From: the human T2T-CHM13v2.0 reference genome, Homo sapiens
Length of the DNA stretch: 64,000 bases
Direction: 5' to 3' (one strand)
NCBI RefSeq assembly: GCF_009914755.1
Contig: NC_060934.1
Shown here: positions 15,000 to 30,330 of the stretch, piece after piece
Layout: each line of letters opens with the position of its first letter
How positions within the stretch are numbered: the first letter of the stretch is position 1
Program-made: the position numbers and the translations under genes
Notes under the pieces: generated by a model
The model's input: the letters and a program-made list of their open reading frames with translations, nothing else
Database searches by the model: none
Told to the model about the DNA's origin: nothing

Positions 15000-15760
15000 A
15001 GTTGCCTGAGATCGGAGCTTCCCGCAGGATTCGCGCAGAGCGAGGAGCGGGGAGGACGCCGTTTGCGGGAGGCGGGGGCCGGGATCCCGACACCGTCCGC
15101 AGTCTCCCCGGGGTCTCTCAGGGAACCGAGCTGGTGGCCGTCCGAGGTAAGCGCCGAACCAAGGAGAAAGCGCCGAGCGCGTCCACAAAACGCCCGAGGC
15201 CGCCCTTCTCGCCAAGGCTCGGCAGCTCCCGCGGCCTGCGCTGGACAAGCGAGAGCTGGACGGAAACGGTGGGAGGCCGTAGGCGGCGGCTGGGGGCGCG
15301 GGACCCGCGCGCGGGCGCGGAGGCGGGCGGGGAGGCCCCGCAGCCCGCGCCGCCGCCAGCCGCCCCGAGCCGCGTGCGCGCGCGGCCGCATCAGCTGAGC
15401 GCGCGGCGCGTGTCACGTGGTGTGCGTGTCGAAGGTCACGGCGCGCTCACAATGGAGCTCTCGGAGTCTGTGCAGAAAGGCTTCCAGATGCTGGCGGATC
15501 CCCGCTCCTTCGACTCCAACGCCTTCACGCTTCTCCTCCGGGCGGCATTCCAGAGTCTGCTGGACGCCCAGGCGGACGAGGCCGTGTTAGGTAAGCCGCT
15601 CGGCTCGGCTCGGAGCTGGATCCGCCGGGGTGGAGGGGCGCTCGGAGAAGAGGAGCCGGCGGAGCGAGAAGGGGAAAGCCCCGGGAAGAGGAAGTCTCCG
15701 GGCTTTGCCCTTCGCTCCGGACGGAGTGTTGGGGACGTGGCTCTGCCAGGACTCGGAGCA
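15000..15760. promoter_or_regulatory. COMMD3 promoter CpG island with E-box GTCACGTG (15412-15419)
   Basis: High GC and CpG density, GC boxes, USF/TFE-type E-box just upstream of the ATG. Confidence 0.85.
15452..15590 (+). CDS. COMMD3: COMMD3 coding exon 1
   Basis: ATG at 15452 (acaATGG), MELSESVQKG...DEAVL, donor TAG|gtaagc. Confidence 0.96.
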
Positions 15761-18700
15761 GACTCTGAGCATTGTTTTGGCCCCACTTGGCACCTGCATA
15801 GAGCCAACTCCACGTTCCTGGCCCGGTTTCCCTCCCAGTCTCTTTGTTCTTTTGTAAAGCCGGTGTTCAAGTCTTGTTTGTGGCCTAAACATCTAAGGTG
15901 TTTAGCCTTGTCTGAGGCTGCGGCTGTTTTGACAGTTGGACTTCATCTGGGGAGCTCCCTGCAATTCAAGCTTCCAGGGCTAGGCTAGCAAAGGTTTAAG
16001 GGTCTGTTTCCGAAGTAATTACTAGGTCAGACAGTGTTGACATTTGCCAACTTAGAGCATACCTCAAGTTGCTATGATCACTCCAGCGCTCTAGTTCAGC
16101 ATGTTTACACAGGTTCTACGCCTAGAACCTTAAACTATGATGCACAATACTTTGTTCCGCCCCAGTTACCAGGATGCGAGTGTCTTTTAAGCGATCCGGT
16201 CAGTGACTGCGGAGGTGCAGTGTCAGTATGGATTGAAGACATATTTTAAGACCGATCGCTTTTAGATGATTTTCTTAAATATAAATATCCCAACAATTCA
16301 AATTTTTGTTTTTTTTCTGTAGTTTCATGAACTAAACACTTGTACAAAAAGTATGAAAGTGGAAGTTCTTAAACGAAAATAGTAACCACCACCTGGGTTA
16401 ATCTCAAAAAAAAAATGACTGTCAAACCCTGAAAGTACTAATATAATTTTGAAATTTGTATCTTATATTCTGAACTCATGCCCTACCTTCTACCCCCTTG
16501 ATGTATTTGTTCATGGAGCCGGTTACCCTAAACTCATCATTTTTAGGATGGAAGTTTATTCTAAAATTGACACAATGTAAAATATTTATCTTGTTTTTCC
16601 TTTGAATTTACTCCAGTGTTAGAATGACCATTGCATTGTTATATTTTCTTTGGGGGCTATAATATTTTTTAATAGTAAAAATATTAAGGCAAAATAAGTT
16701 AATTGAAGCTAGTAATAGTAGAGTTCTTGTTGTGTTCTTTTTATTGTTTTTCACTTGATCTTGTTGCTCATCTCATTTACTTATAATTGACTGTCCTTAT
16801 AGTTGATGTTTTTAATCTTGTTAAAGGGTTTTTAAACCCAAATTAAAATATCCTTTTTGGAACATGACTGTAAAGAATTTATTATCATAGGCATCACTGG
16901 AAGTTAATTTATTTTAGATCATCCAGACTTGAAACATATCGACCCAGTGGTTTTAAAACATTGTCATGCAGCAGCTGCAACTTACATACTAGAGGCAGGA
17001 AAGCACCGAGCTGACAAGTCAACTCTAAGGTACAGGATTTATTTAAATATCCATTTATTTTCAAATACTACCTTAATGATTTCAATTTCAGTTTTAAAAA
17101 TGGAGACAGAACTTTGGCTTTTTTTTTCTTTCTTCTAGCACTTATCTAGAAGACTGTAAATTTGACAGAGAGCGAATAGAACTGTTTTGCACGGAATATC
17201 AGGTTACTTACTTTAAAATTTTTAATTAACAGTACTATTTTTCTTTTACTTTGTTTGTAAAGATGTTTTTTTTTCTTTCTTTCTTGCTTTCTTTTTTCTC
17301 TCCAGAATAATAAGAATTCCCTAGAAATCCTACTGGGAAGGTAGGTACTGTATAAGGTGTCAAGCTGAGGCACTTTTCACTTGCAGGTATGAATGGAGAG
17401 TGTTGGTGTGAAACAAGATCTTCGGGATCTTGACCCAAAGAAAAGGAGCCAAAGGGCATGTCAAGCAATTGAAGTTAAGCTCATGTTTTTAAAGATCGTT
17501 TATTGAGATGATTTTGAAATGCTCCTTTACCATTCATAATTTAAAAATAAAGTTTAACAATGGTTTAAATTCAGAATGGATTAAAATGGAGTTGGGGGTG
17601 GAAAGTAGAGCCATTCTTAGTAAATATAAATAACTGAAAAGTTCTTCTGAGGAGACTATGTACGAAGTTATCATTGCATCTTTCAGTATAGGCAGATCTC
17701 TCCCTCATATAACGGATGTTTCTTGGCGCTTGGAATATCAGATAAAGGTAAAGTTTAAGAAACTTCTCTAGCGGGGGATTTAGGGAACTTCTTAAAACCT
17801 AGAGTTAAAAGCTGTTGCGTGTTTGTTGTGTTATTTTAGACCAATCAACTTCATAGGATGTACAGACCTGCATATTTGGTGACCTTAAGTGTACAGGTAT
17901 TTATAGATAAGTCTTATCCAATAATGAAATTTATAATTTCATTGATTTAAATAAACAGCGTTTCTTGTTGCGTGTTTTTTTTCCTGCCCTAGAACACTGA
18001 TTCCCCATCCTATCCAGAGATTAGTTTTAGTTGCAGCATGGAACAATTACAGGTACAGTATTAGGATCTATAAATATTCCTGTCTTTTTATAAATGTTTA
18101 CTTGAGAGTTATACTCTTGGGAAGTTCAAAAGAAAATTAATCTAACCATTTGTCAGCAGATAATGAAGATTGGTTAAGGATTTAATGGGAAAGGGGCATC
18201 AAAAGTAGTATTTTAAGATAGGCTTCACTTGAAATTAAGATGTTATTAATAGAGAATTGGTCTGTATTTGCTGTTCTTGCTGATTGAAATAAACTTCTGT
18301 AGTGTTTAGTGTAAATTTCTTCTATTCATGATGAGTTTGGTCCAATAAGATAAACAAAATTAAGAGCATGGCTTTGAAAATGTCTTTGCTTTCAGAAATT
18401 GAATTAAACTGTCAAAATTGGATTTTGAAACTTTTTAAATGACTTTATAAAGGGGGAAGTATACATAACATTCTAAAACTGTTTATATTGCCCATTTAAG
18501 ACTGGGAAAATTCAAAACTACATTTATTAGTGGATATGACAACGAATTTATTTCATAGTTTTTAAAAAATGAAGCTCATTACTGGAAATTTAAGTGAAAT
18601 TGAATTTTTCAAAGGCATCTTCTGCAGAGTCGTTTTAATGTAACTATGAATCAAACTTTCAACTTTCAGAAAATGTGTATACAGCATAACCTTTGTTAGA

Positions 18701-19032
18701 TAACTTGAGAAAATTCAGATGTATCTGGGCGGTTAAGGATCCGGTTAGAAATCATGTTTCAGTGTGAGGGCAAATAACCGATTTGAACATGAGGTATTTC
18801 CGAGGAAACGCTTTTTTTGCCCGATAGTAGTTTGTCAAAAGTTAAAATCTTGTTGAATTTTAAACTTGTTTGGAAGGTGTGTCCTGATTTTTTTTCTTGC
18901 ATCTTTCTTGAGCTTGGATACTTCTTTCCATGTTTTATCCTAAAAACGTGGTATTGTATACACGTCTTTTAGGACTTGGTGGGGAAACTTAAAGATGCTT
19001 CGAAAAGCCTGGAAAGAGCAACTCAGTTGTAA
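15452..19032 (+). CDS. COMMD3: COMM domain-containing protein 3 (Commander/CCC complex), complete spliced CDS, 195 aa
   Basis: join(15452-15590,16918-17029,17139-17202,17306-17340,17687-17747,17840-17896,17993-18052,18973-19032) = 588 nt, all introns GT-AG. Translates MELSESVQKGFQMLADPRSF...DVSWRLEYQIKTNQL...DLVGKLKDASKSLERATQL*, with the COMM-domain W-R-L motif. Confidence 0.97.
16918..17029 (+). CDS. COMMD3: COMMD3 exon 2
   Basis: attttag|AT...CTAAG|gtacag; DHPDLKHIDPVVLKHCHAAAATYILEAGKHRADKSTL. Confidence 0.95.
17139..17202 (+). CDS. COMMD3: COMMD3 exon 3
   Basis: Pyrimidine tract plus ctag acceptor; STYLEDCKFDRERIELFCTEYQ; CAG|gttact. Confidence 0.94.
17306..17340 (+). CDS. COMMD3: COMMD3 exon 4
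   Basis: tctccag|; NNKNSLEILLG; AAG|gtaggt. Confidence 0.94.
17687..17747 (+). CDS. COMMD3: COMMD3 exon 5
   Basis: tttcag|; SIGRSLPHITDVSWRLEYQIK; AAG|gtaaag. Confidence 0.94.
17840..17896 (+). CDS. COMMD3: COMMD3 exon 6
   Basis: ttttag|; TNQLHRMYRPAYLVTLSVQ; CAG|gtattt. Confidence 0.94.
17993..18052 (+). CDS. COMMD3: COMMD3 exon 7 (also open in a second frame)
   Basis: ccctag|; NTDSPSYPEISFSCSMEQLQ; CAG|gtacag. Confidence 0.94.
18973..19032 (+). CDS. COMMD3: COMMD3 exon 8, coding part
   Basis: ttttag|; DLVGKLKDASKSLERATQL then TAA. Confidence 0.95.
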   Translation, partial: DLVGKLKDASKSLERATQL

Positions 19033-19313
19033 CTTGGGGAAGTTAACGATCCGCCCGAGTGCAGAGGAAAACCAGAAACGCCTTGCCTTCAGCTGAACCA
19101 CCGTTTGTGCGAGCTGGATGTCCTTTTCAGTAGAAAAGAATTTTCCTTTTGAATTTATACCATTCATCAATTTTGACACTTTAAAAACGTGTGAAAGGGT
19201 TAAGAGGGAAAGATACTGCCCAAGTATTTGAATCGTTTAGTAGTAACTGTCCATTTATCCTATTTTGATCTTTTTCAAGTCTTCTGAAAGGAAGTAGACA
19301 GTATTACACCCTG

Positions 19314-19319
19314 AATAAA
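19314..19319 (+). terminator. COMMD3 polyadenylation signal
   Basis: AATAAA ~280 nt after the stop codon, followed by GT-rich sequence. Confidence 0.75.
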
Positions 19320-19479
19320 TAAGGTGTTGTTTTCCACAAAGAGTGATGATATTTTGTTTGGATCTGAGTTCGTGTGTTATTACTTTGTGTGAAGCTAGAT
19401 AGGAGTAGTGTGAACTTTTAACGATAGCCTTTTCTCAGGATTAAAGTTAAACACGGAGGAAACGATGCGATCTCCTGGG

Positions 19480-21370
19480 TTTGTCGCAGACCCCTGCTTC
19501 GGGGCTCCGGGGGCGGGCGCGGGCGGCTGCCCGGCCCGTTACCTGCGCCCGAGGGCTCGCCCACAGCCCGACCCTCGGCCGCCCGGTCCCGGCCCGGCGC
19601 GGAGCCCCTGCCCGGAGCCAGCCGTCGCCCGCGCGCGCCCCGCCTCGGCCGCCCGCGGGCGGGGAAGAGGCCGGCGCGGCCGCGGGCTGGCGGGCAGGGG
19701 CGGGCGCTGTTGTTTCCGCGAGCCCAACTTGGGCGCAGGTTCCGCGCCGCGGCGCCGGAGCCTGGGCCGCAGCCCGCGGGGCCGGCCGGGGGGCGGCGGC
19801 CGCGGGACGTATGCGCCCCGGGAGGAGGCGGGCGGCCGGGAGAAAGAAAGAACGGGGGGCGGGGTGGGCTGCGCGGCGTGCGGGGCCGGAGCGGCGGCCG
19901 CGCGGAGCAGGGCGGCGCGTGTGGCGCTGTGGAGAAATGTCTCCGCCGCCGCGGCGCGGAGCGAGGGAGGGGGCCGGGCGCGCGGCGCGGAGGGGAGGGG
20001 GCGGCCACGGGCCTGACTACACCGACACTAATTCCCAGGCCGCCCTTAAGGAATGAGGGGAGCACGTGACCCGCTGGGGGGGCGGCGGGGGGAGGGGGCG
20101 GGCGGACTCCGAGCCATTTTGGAGCCGGTGTCAGTTTCCACTCTGCCTTCAGCGGTGCATTTTTTTCCACCCTCCCCTCCCCCTCCTCCCCTCCCCCCGC
20201 TCGCACGCACACACACGGCGCCCCCCGCCCGCCCGCCTCCCCCACAGCAACTATGAAATAATCGTAGTATGAGAGGCAGAGATCGGGGCGAGACAATGGG
20301 GATGTGGGCGCGGGAGCCCCGTTCCGGCTTAGCAGCACCTCCCAGCCCCGCAGAATAAAACCGATCGCGCCCCCTCCGCGCGCGCCCTCCCCCGAGTGCG
20401 GAGCGGGAGGAGGCGGCGGCGGCCGAGGAGGAGGAGGAGGAGGCCCCGGAGGAGGAGGCGTTGGAGGTCGAGGCGGAGGCGGAGGAGGAGGAGGCCGAGG
20501 CGCCGGAGGAGGCCGAGGCGCCGGAGCAGGAGGAGGCCGGCCGGAGGCGGCATGAGACGAGCGTGGCGGCCGCGGCTGCTCGGGGCCGCGCTGGTTGCCC
20601 ATTGACAGCGGCGTCTGCAGCTCGCTTCAAGATGGCCGCTTGGCTCGCATTCATTTTCTGCTGAACGACTTTTAACTTTCATTGTCTTTTCCGCCCGCTT
20701 CGATCGCCTCGCGCCGGCTGCTCTTTCCGGGTACGTAGGAGGCGAGGCGCCCCCGGGACGGGGCTGGGGGCCGGCGGGGGCCGCGCGGGGCTCGGGGCGG
20801 CCGCGGGTGGAAGGGGAGCCCCCCCCGCGCCCCGGCCGCGCCGCCGGGAGGGCGCTGACAGCGTGGGCGCCCGGCCCCGCGCCCCGCGCCGCCCGCCCCG
20901 CGCCTGCCGGCCCCGCGCGCCGCCCTCCCCGCGCCCGCGAGCGCGCGCCCGCCGCCGCCCGCCGACTCCCGCGGCGCCGGGACCGACCCGCAGCCCGCGC
21001 CGCGCCGCCGCCGCCAGCAGGGCTCGGCGCCGCTCCAGCCGCCGCCGCCCGCTCAGCCCCGGCGCGCCGCGCGCGGCCCCACGTTTTAGTTCCCCGCTCC
21101 CCCGGGCGCCCCTCCGCACCCTCGCGACGCACATGGCCCCCGAGAGGAGTACTGGTATTTCCAGCCTCGGCGGCTCTCCCGGCCGCAGCGCCCTTTGTTG
21201 AGAGGTAGATTTGGATGAAACGGGGACGGGTTCCTGAAATCGGGAGCTGCTTGGGTCAAGTGGCTTCCCTCCTCTCCCGAAGAAAGGGCTCTGGAGGGGC
21301 TCCAGCAGCCAGAGAACGCCCCCATTTTATAGGGACGGGTTGCGTGGGGGGCGGCCATCCCGCCAAGGTG
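19480..21370. promoter_or_regulatory. BMI1 promoter CpG island
   Basis: Very GC/CpG-rich; CACGTG E-box 20063-20068, G-run cluster 20076-20102, YY1-like GCCATTTT 20113-20120. Confidence 0.9.
20244..20730 (+). other. BMI1: BMI1 non-coding exon 1 (5' UTR); start approximate
   Basis: Donor CGG|gtacgt at 20730/20731. The start ACAGCAACTATGAAAT matches my recollection of the BMI1 mRNA 5' end. Confidence 0.75.
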
Positions 21371-24299
21371 GGTGTTAGGCTGGAGAGAGCCCCGACGAAA
21401 ATGTTATTAACTTAAGTTGGGGGGACACTTGTCTGAGATTGGATGGCTGGTAAGATGGCGGTTCCCAGTTGTTTCCAAGGTCTCCTGCATTTGTGTTTAA
21501 AATGCTGAAGTTTTCAAGGTGGTGTGTGTTGGGAGTCTTGGATAAGTGCTCTGAACATCGCTTGGGAGGTGCTCCCTGGGAAGTGGGCATTTCAAATTTG
21601 GAGCTTTTTGTGGAGTGAAGATGGTGACTGGACGTTAGCTTTGCTGGAGGCTTGCTTTCTCACTACTTCTTTTTCTCCTTTTTCTTTTTTCCCCTTTTGG
21701 AGACTGCAACTTTTCTCTCGACTTCTACTAAAGGATGCACTCAGCATCATGACTCCAGTCCACTATCTTTTACAGGTTTTGCTAAATGTCAGCATAGGTC
21801 ATTTGGCAAAGGGATGCTTTAGAAAAGAGCACTAAAAAGTTGATTGCATATGTTTACGCAGTCACTTGGGCTTGACAGTGATATGGCATGATCTTTTTCC
21901 CAGAGATTTACAGTTAATAATTGGAAGTAAACAAGTAGAGAGACTTTGATCATTACCACTTGCAATAAAAGGATTTAGTGGGCTTAGTGGTCACGGTTCA
22001 ATATATGAAAGAGAAGCATGTATTAACCCCTTCCCTTAATGTGGGCAAAATTCCGAGCATATTTATCCAAATGCAAGTGTAGGTTGGTGGTGTGTACAAC
22101 GTTATGAGTAGTTCAACCTATATTTTATAGGAACCTTAACTCCCATGTTCTGGAAACACATTATAAGCTACACTAAACAGTTGATATTTAAGGATGCAAA
22201 TTATTGACAGTATATAACAAGTTATGAGACTCTATATGTTAACATTTGAGTTTTAAGTAGACCGATCAGAAATCCCTGGGATTGATTTTATAAACAAAAT
22301 TATAAGTTTTTAGATTTGAGTTAATTCCATACATCTACCCCAAAGTGTAGTCAGAAGTGTTTGAAATAACCTACTTGTGTGAGTCTTATGCCTAGTAAAA
22401 TATCTTTAAAGCCATATACAAGTCACTTTGTATGCATGTATACACATAAAGCTTTTGTAAGAAAATTAAGCATTTAATTGTACATGATAAATCCATTAAT
22501 ACTCTATCACTAACTTCTTGGATGTATGTTAAGTGTGCAGATAGGCTTTCTCCCCAGGAGTCAAATTAACCCCAACTTTACCCATGCTTATGTTGGGCTG
22601 TGAACCCCAACTGGGGCTATGGAGTTCATTTGCATTTCTTAGATTGCAGTAGGCAAGCTGATGGTTAACATAAGAACTTGCTTCTGTTTTCCTTCATTTT
22701 GACATTCCTGGTGTTAGGCCTCCACCTAAAAACTGACAGCCCCAACTGAGTGTGTTACAATGGCAAGTTTTAACGGTTGAGTATTTTTACCATGATATGT
22801 TTGGTGCATTTTTGTTTGCTTAACTGGCAGTTTCTGGGTTGGAACCTGGAAGGTTTTCACTTCTGAGGTGGAAGAGATTGTTTCTCAAATCTTATCAAGC
22901 ACGTCAAACACTTTGGAAGTCTTCATTAGGTTGCCACTACTTTCAAAGGGCATAAAAACATAACTGATTTTTATATAAGTAACAGTGGTATTTATTAGCA
23001 TTATAAATGGTCACAGGATTGTGGCCAAATTCTTCTGAACTGAGGTAGAGGAATTGTGTGAATTAAGACTTAAGATGAATTTGAAAGACTTTTGGTCAAG
23101 TACATGTGACTTAAATGCTCAAAGCCAACCGGTAGATAACCCTCCACTGAGGTTTGATTGTTCTCCTTGTTAATACTTGTCTTTGTGTGGTGTTGGTTTT
23201 CTGCAAGCTAGAGGAGAAATAAAGGCAGCTATTTTTATTGGAGCCCCTTCATGAACTTCGTGATCGGTGGTTTTTTAGTGCAGTATGCTTTCACAGGCAA
23301 ACAGAAATATCAGCTTGCTATCTTTCTAGGAAAGATCCTGTGGTTTCACAAGGAGAATTTTCTTTAAGCACCAAGAAGGCTGTTCTTTAATTTACCAAGT
23401 ATAATTTGATTTAAATATTGCTACTCTTTAGGGTCATTGCTCTACCTACAACTCCTCCGTGCCCCGCTTAGATTTATGTTAATATGTTGACAATATTCTC
23501 CAAAACAAGTAATCCAGAGATAACTGAGGAGTCAGTCACACAAGAAGTTTTCTGGTAGAGGTCGCCAGTTGCCACTGTGGTCACTTTCATAAGAGAGGCT
23601 TTGTTTTGTTTTTTACCATTTTCTAGAGGTTAGCTCTTAATTTCAGCCATTGAGCTGTGTTGATTGGTGTTTCCCTTTACTGCATTAATACACCTTAGGA
23701 ATTAAAACCGCAGGTATATCTTACTGCAAGTTTCAAAAGGTCCTGGATTTCCATTCAAGGAAGATTTGAGAATGTACTTCAGTGAGGTCTGGAAGCTTAG
23801 TCTTATATCAGGTTCTGAAATGAATGAAGAAGGGGGGTTGAAGTTTATTTTTCAAGAATACTACACGAAGTATTTGACTTCCCTGACTGTCGGCTGGTGT
23901 ATTGTTGCTGACAGTTCCCCATTGTGACTTTCCTGTAATAGAGGTATCTGTTGGGAATATCATTTCATCGTATGGGGGGTTTTACATTTGTTTTTCTCTC
24001 CTGTCGCTGCTTTGGGTTGACAAGCTGTTGATTTAGCGTTGGAAATGGGCTGGTCACATGGTTCTGTACATATTGTCACTATTGTACCGATTAAAGTACT
24101 TTTTCTTGCCCCCAGCATAGTTTGTCCAAATAAAACACTGGGCTTTGCCCTCTCCTCTTCTTGTAAAACAGATTTCAGTTTTCAGCCTTTCCAAAACTTT
24201 GTATCGCTCATTTAATCTACAGGAGAGCGTCACATTAGAGAAGGAAGTTTTAAAGAGGTTCGGTTCAATAAACATCTCTGCAATTTGAGCCCTGACGGT

Positions 24300-25150
24300 T
24301 TCGGGCTAAGTGCACAGTTGGCAATTCTCAAAAAATCCCTTCGTGAAATTTCTGACCGAGTGATTGCAGACAGGACAGACCGAGAGAGTCGAGATCTGAA
24401 ACCAGCTCTGCGCACCAAGTCGACGTGAAAAGAGGCCCCCGGAGTGTCCGAAATGGCCGGGAGTGCGGTTTGCATTTTCCTTTCGCGGGCGCTGCCGCAG
24501 GCTCCGGGGTCCCCGCCGCCCAGGACTGGGTCCCTGGTCCCCGATCCCCGCTCCCCGCTCCCCAGCGCTGTGGCCTCGTGGGGCTGCCCCGCCCCCCCGG
24601 CGTCGCCGCACCCACCCCGCCCCCGCGCCGGCCCCGCCCCCGCGGCGCGCCGCCCCTCCCCCGCCCGCCCGCCCGCCCGCCGCCCCGCACGCCCGCCGAG
24701 GCTCGGGGCTCGGGCCGGGCTCCGCGCGGAGTTGCAGCGGTGGCCGGATGCCAAGTGTAAGTGTAAGTTGCTATGGAAACCCCGACCGAGGCGAGTTCCG
24801 AATCCGGAGCGAGACGGAGCCCCGGGCGCCGCCGGATCCGCCCCTCGCATCCCGGCCCCCGGGCGTCCGCCGCGCTCAGGCCCCGGCCCAGGCCGACTGG
24901 AGGTGCTCCTCCTGCGGCCCCAGCACCCGGCTCCGGAAATGCCAGGGATGCAGGGAGGGCAGAATTGTTTTCCCTGCGCGTCGCGTAAAAACGTGCCAGG
25001 TTCTGCTTGCTGGAACCGTCTAAAACAACCGGAACCCCGGATTTTCACTTGCAGATTCTTGAGGAAGTTTTATAATAAATTCGGAGACCTGGAACAAGCC
25101 CTAGTGGTTGGTAAATATCCGCGGGGATTGTGTGGCGTCTGCAGCAGCCT
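24300..25150. promoter_or_regulatory. Intronic CpG island in BMI1 intron 1 (probable alternative promoter or enhancer)
   Basis: GC-rich with GC boxes, tandem gtaagt donor motifs at 24757 and 24763, X-box 24767-24780. Confidence 0.75.
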
Positions 25151-25435
25151 TGGGGCTGCTGGGCTGGAGGACAAATGGAAGAAAGAGACCCTAATACGCT
25201 CAGCTCCCAGCCCCCACCCCAGACTTTCTTCTACCTACAGGAATGATCTGAGAGACCAGAAGTAATGTTAGTTGGATCCTTTTGCATCAGTTTGGTAGAA
25301 CTGATTCCGATCTGATGAGTAAATTCCTTCTGTAGAAACGTTAGGACAGCCCAGCTGTACAGTGTTAAATGAGTTTTATAAATTCAGTGTTTCAGGGTTT
25401 GTGATTACTAGATGATCTCCATTCTTGTTCTGTGA

Positions 25436-28576
<3,141 letters not shown>

Positions 28577-30330
28577 TACCTGAGACTGTTAAGGAAAAAA
28601 ATTTTAAACCCCTGATTTATATAGATATCTTCATGCCATTACAGCTTTCTAGATGCTAATACATGTGACTATCGTCCAATTTGCTTTCTTTTGTAGTGAC
28701 ATTAAATTTGGCTATAAAAGATGGACTACATGTGATACTCCTATGGACGTTAATTGAAAAGAAAGATTGTTGTTATAAAGAATTGGTTTCTTGGAAAGCA
28801 GGCAAGACTTTTTCTCTGTGTTAGGAAAGATGGGAAATGGTTTCTGTAACCATTGTTTGGATTTGGAAGTACTCTGCAGTGGACATAAGCATTGGGCCAT
28901 AGTTTGTTAATCTCAACTAACGCCTACATTACATTCTCCTTGATCGTTCTTGTTATTACGCTGTTTTGTGAACCTGTAGAAAACAAGTGCTTTTTATCTT
29001 GAAATTCAACCAACGGAAAGAATATGCATAGAATAATGCATTCTATGTAGCCATGTCACTGTGAATAACGATTTCTTGCATATTTAGCCATTTTGATTCC
29101 TGTTTGATTTATACTTCTCTGTTGCTACGCAAAACCGATCAAAGAAAAGTGAACTTCAGTTTTACAATCTGTATGCCTAAAAGCGGGTACTACCGTTTAT
29201 TTTACTGACTTGTTTAAATGATTCGCTTTTGTAAGAATCAGATGGCATTATGCTTGTTGTACAATGCCATATTGGTATATGACATAACAGGAAACAGTAT
29301 TGTATGATATATTTATAAATGCTATAAAGAAATATTGTGTTTCATGCATTCAGAAATGATTGTTAAAATTCTCCCAACTGGTTCGACCTTTGCAGATACC
29401 CATAACCTATGTTGAGCCTTGCTTACCAGCAAAGAATATTTTTAATGTGGATATCTAATTCTAAAGTCTGTTCCATTAGAAGCAATTGGCACATCTTTCT
29501 ATACTTTATATACTTTTCTCCAGTAATACATGTTTACTTTAAAAATTGTTGCAGTGAAGAAAAACCTTTAACTGAGAAATATGGAAACCGTCTTAATTTT
29601 CCATTGGCTATGATGGAATTAATATTGTATTTTAAAAATGCATATTGATCACTATAATTCTAAAACAATTTTTTAAATAAACCAGCAGGTTGCTAAAAGA
29701 AGGCATTTTATCTAAAGTTATTTTAATAGGTGGTATAGCAGTAATTTTAAATTTAAGAGTTGCTTTTACAGTTAACAATGGAATATGCCTTCTCTGCTAT
29801 GTCTGAAAATAGAAGCTATTTATTATGAGCTTCTACAGGTATTTTTAAATAGAGCAAGCATGTTGAATTTAAAATATGAATAACCCCACCCAACAATTTT
29901 CAGTTTATTTTTTGCTTTGGTCGAACTTGGTGTGTGTTCATCACCCATCAGTTATTTGTGAGGGTGTTTATTCTATATGAATATTGTTTCATGTTTGTAT
30001 GGGAAAATTGTAGCTAAACATTTCATTGTCCCCAGTCTGCAAAAGAAGCACAATTCTATTGCTTTGTCTTGCTTATAGTCATTAAATCATTACTTTTACA
30101 TATATTGCTGTTACTTCTGCTTTCTTTAAAAATATAGTAAAGGATGTTTTATGAAGTCACAAGATACATATATTTTTATTTTGACCTAAATTTGTACAGT
30201 CCCATTGTAAGTGTTGTTTCTAATTATAGATGTAAAATGAAATTTCATTTGTAATTGGAAAAAATCCAATAAAAAGGATATTCATTTAGAAAATAGCTAA
30301 GATCTTTAATAAAAATTTGATATGAAAAGC
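28577..30330 (+). other. BMI1: BMI1 3' UTR (end approximate)
   Basis: AT-rich and repeat-free; AATAAA at 30268 and 30308; several miRNA seed matches. Confidence 0.75.

Noticed and set aside
15002-15988. 328-aa ORF spanning COMMD3 exon 1
   Set aside because: Only 15452-15590 is real coding sequence. The rest is stop-poor CpG-island and intron sequence, with a non-ATG start probably upstream of the transcription start.
19418-21415. Many long Pro/Arg/Gly/Ala-rich ORFs on both strands, including a 394-aa minus-strand ORF
   Set aside because: Expected in extremely GC-rich DNA. They overlap in all frames and show no recognisable domain.
24230-25265. 272- and 273-aa ORFs in BMI1 intron 1
   Set aside because: CpG-island artefacts.
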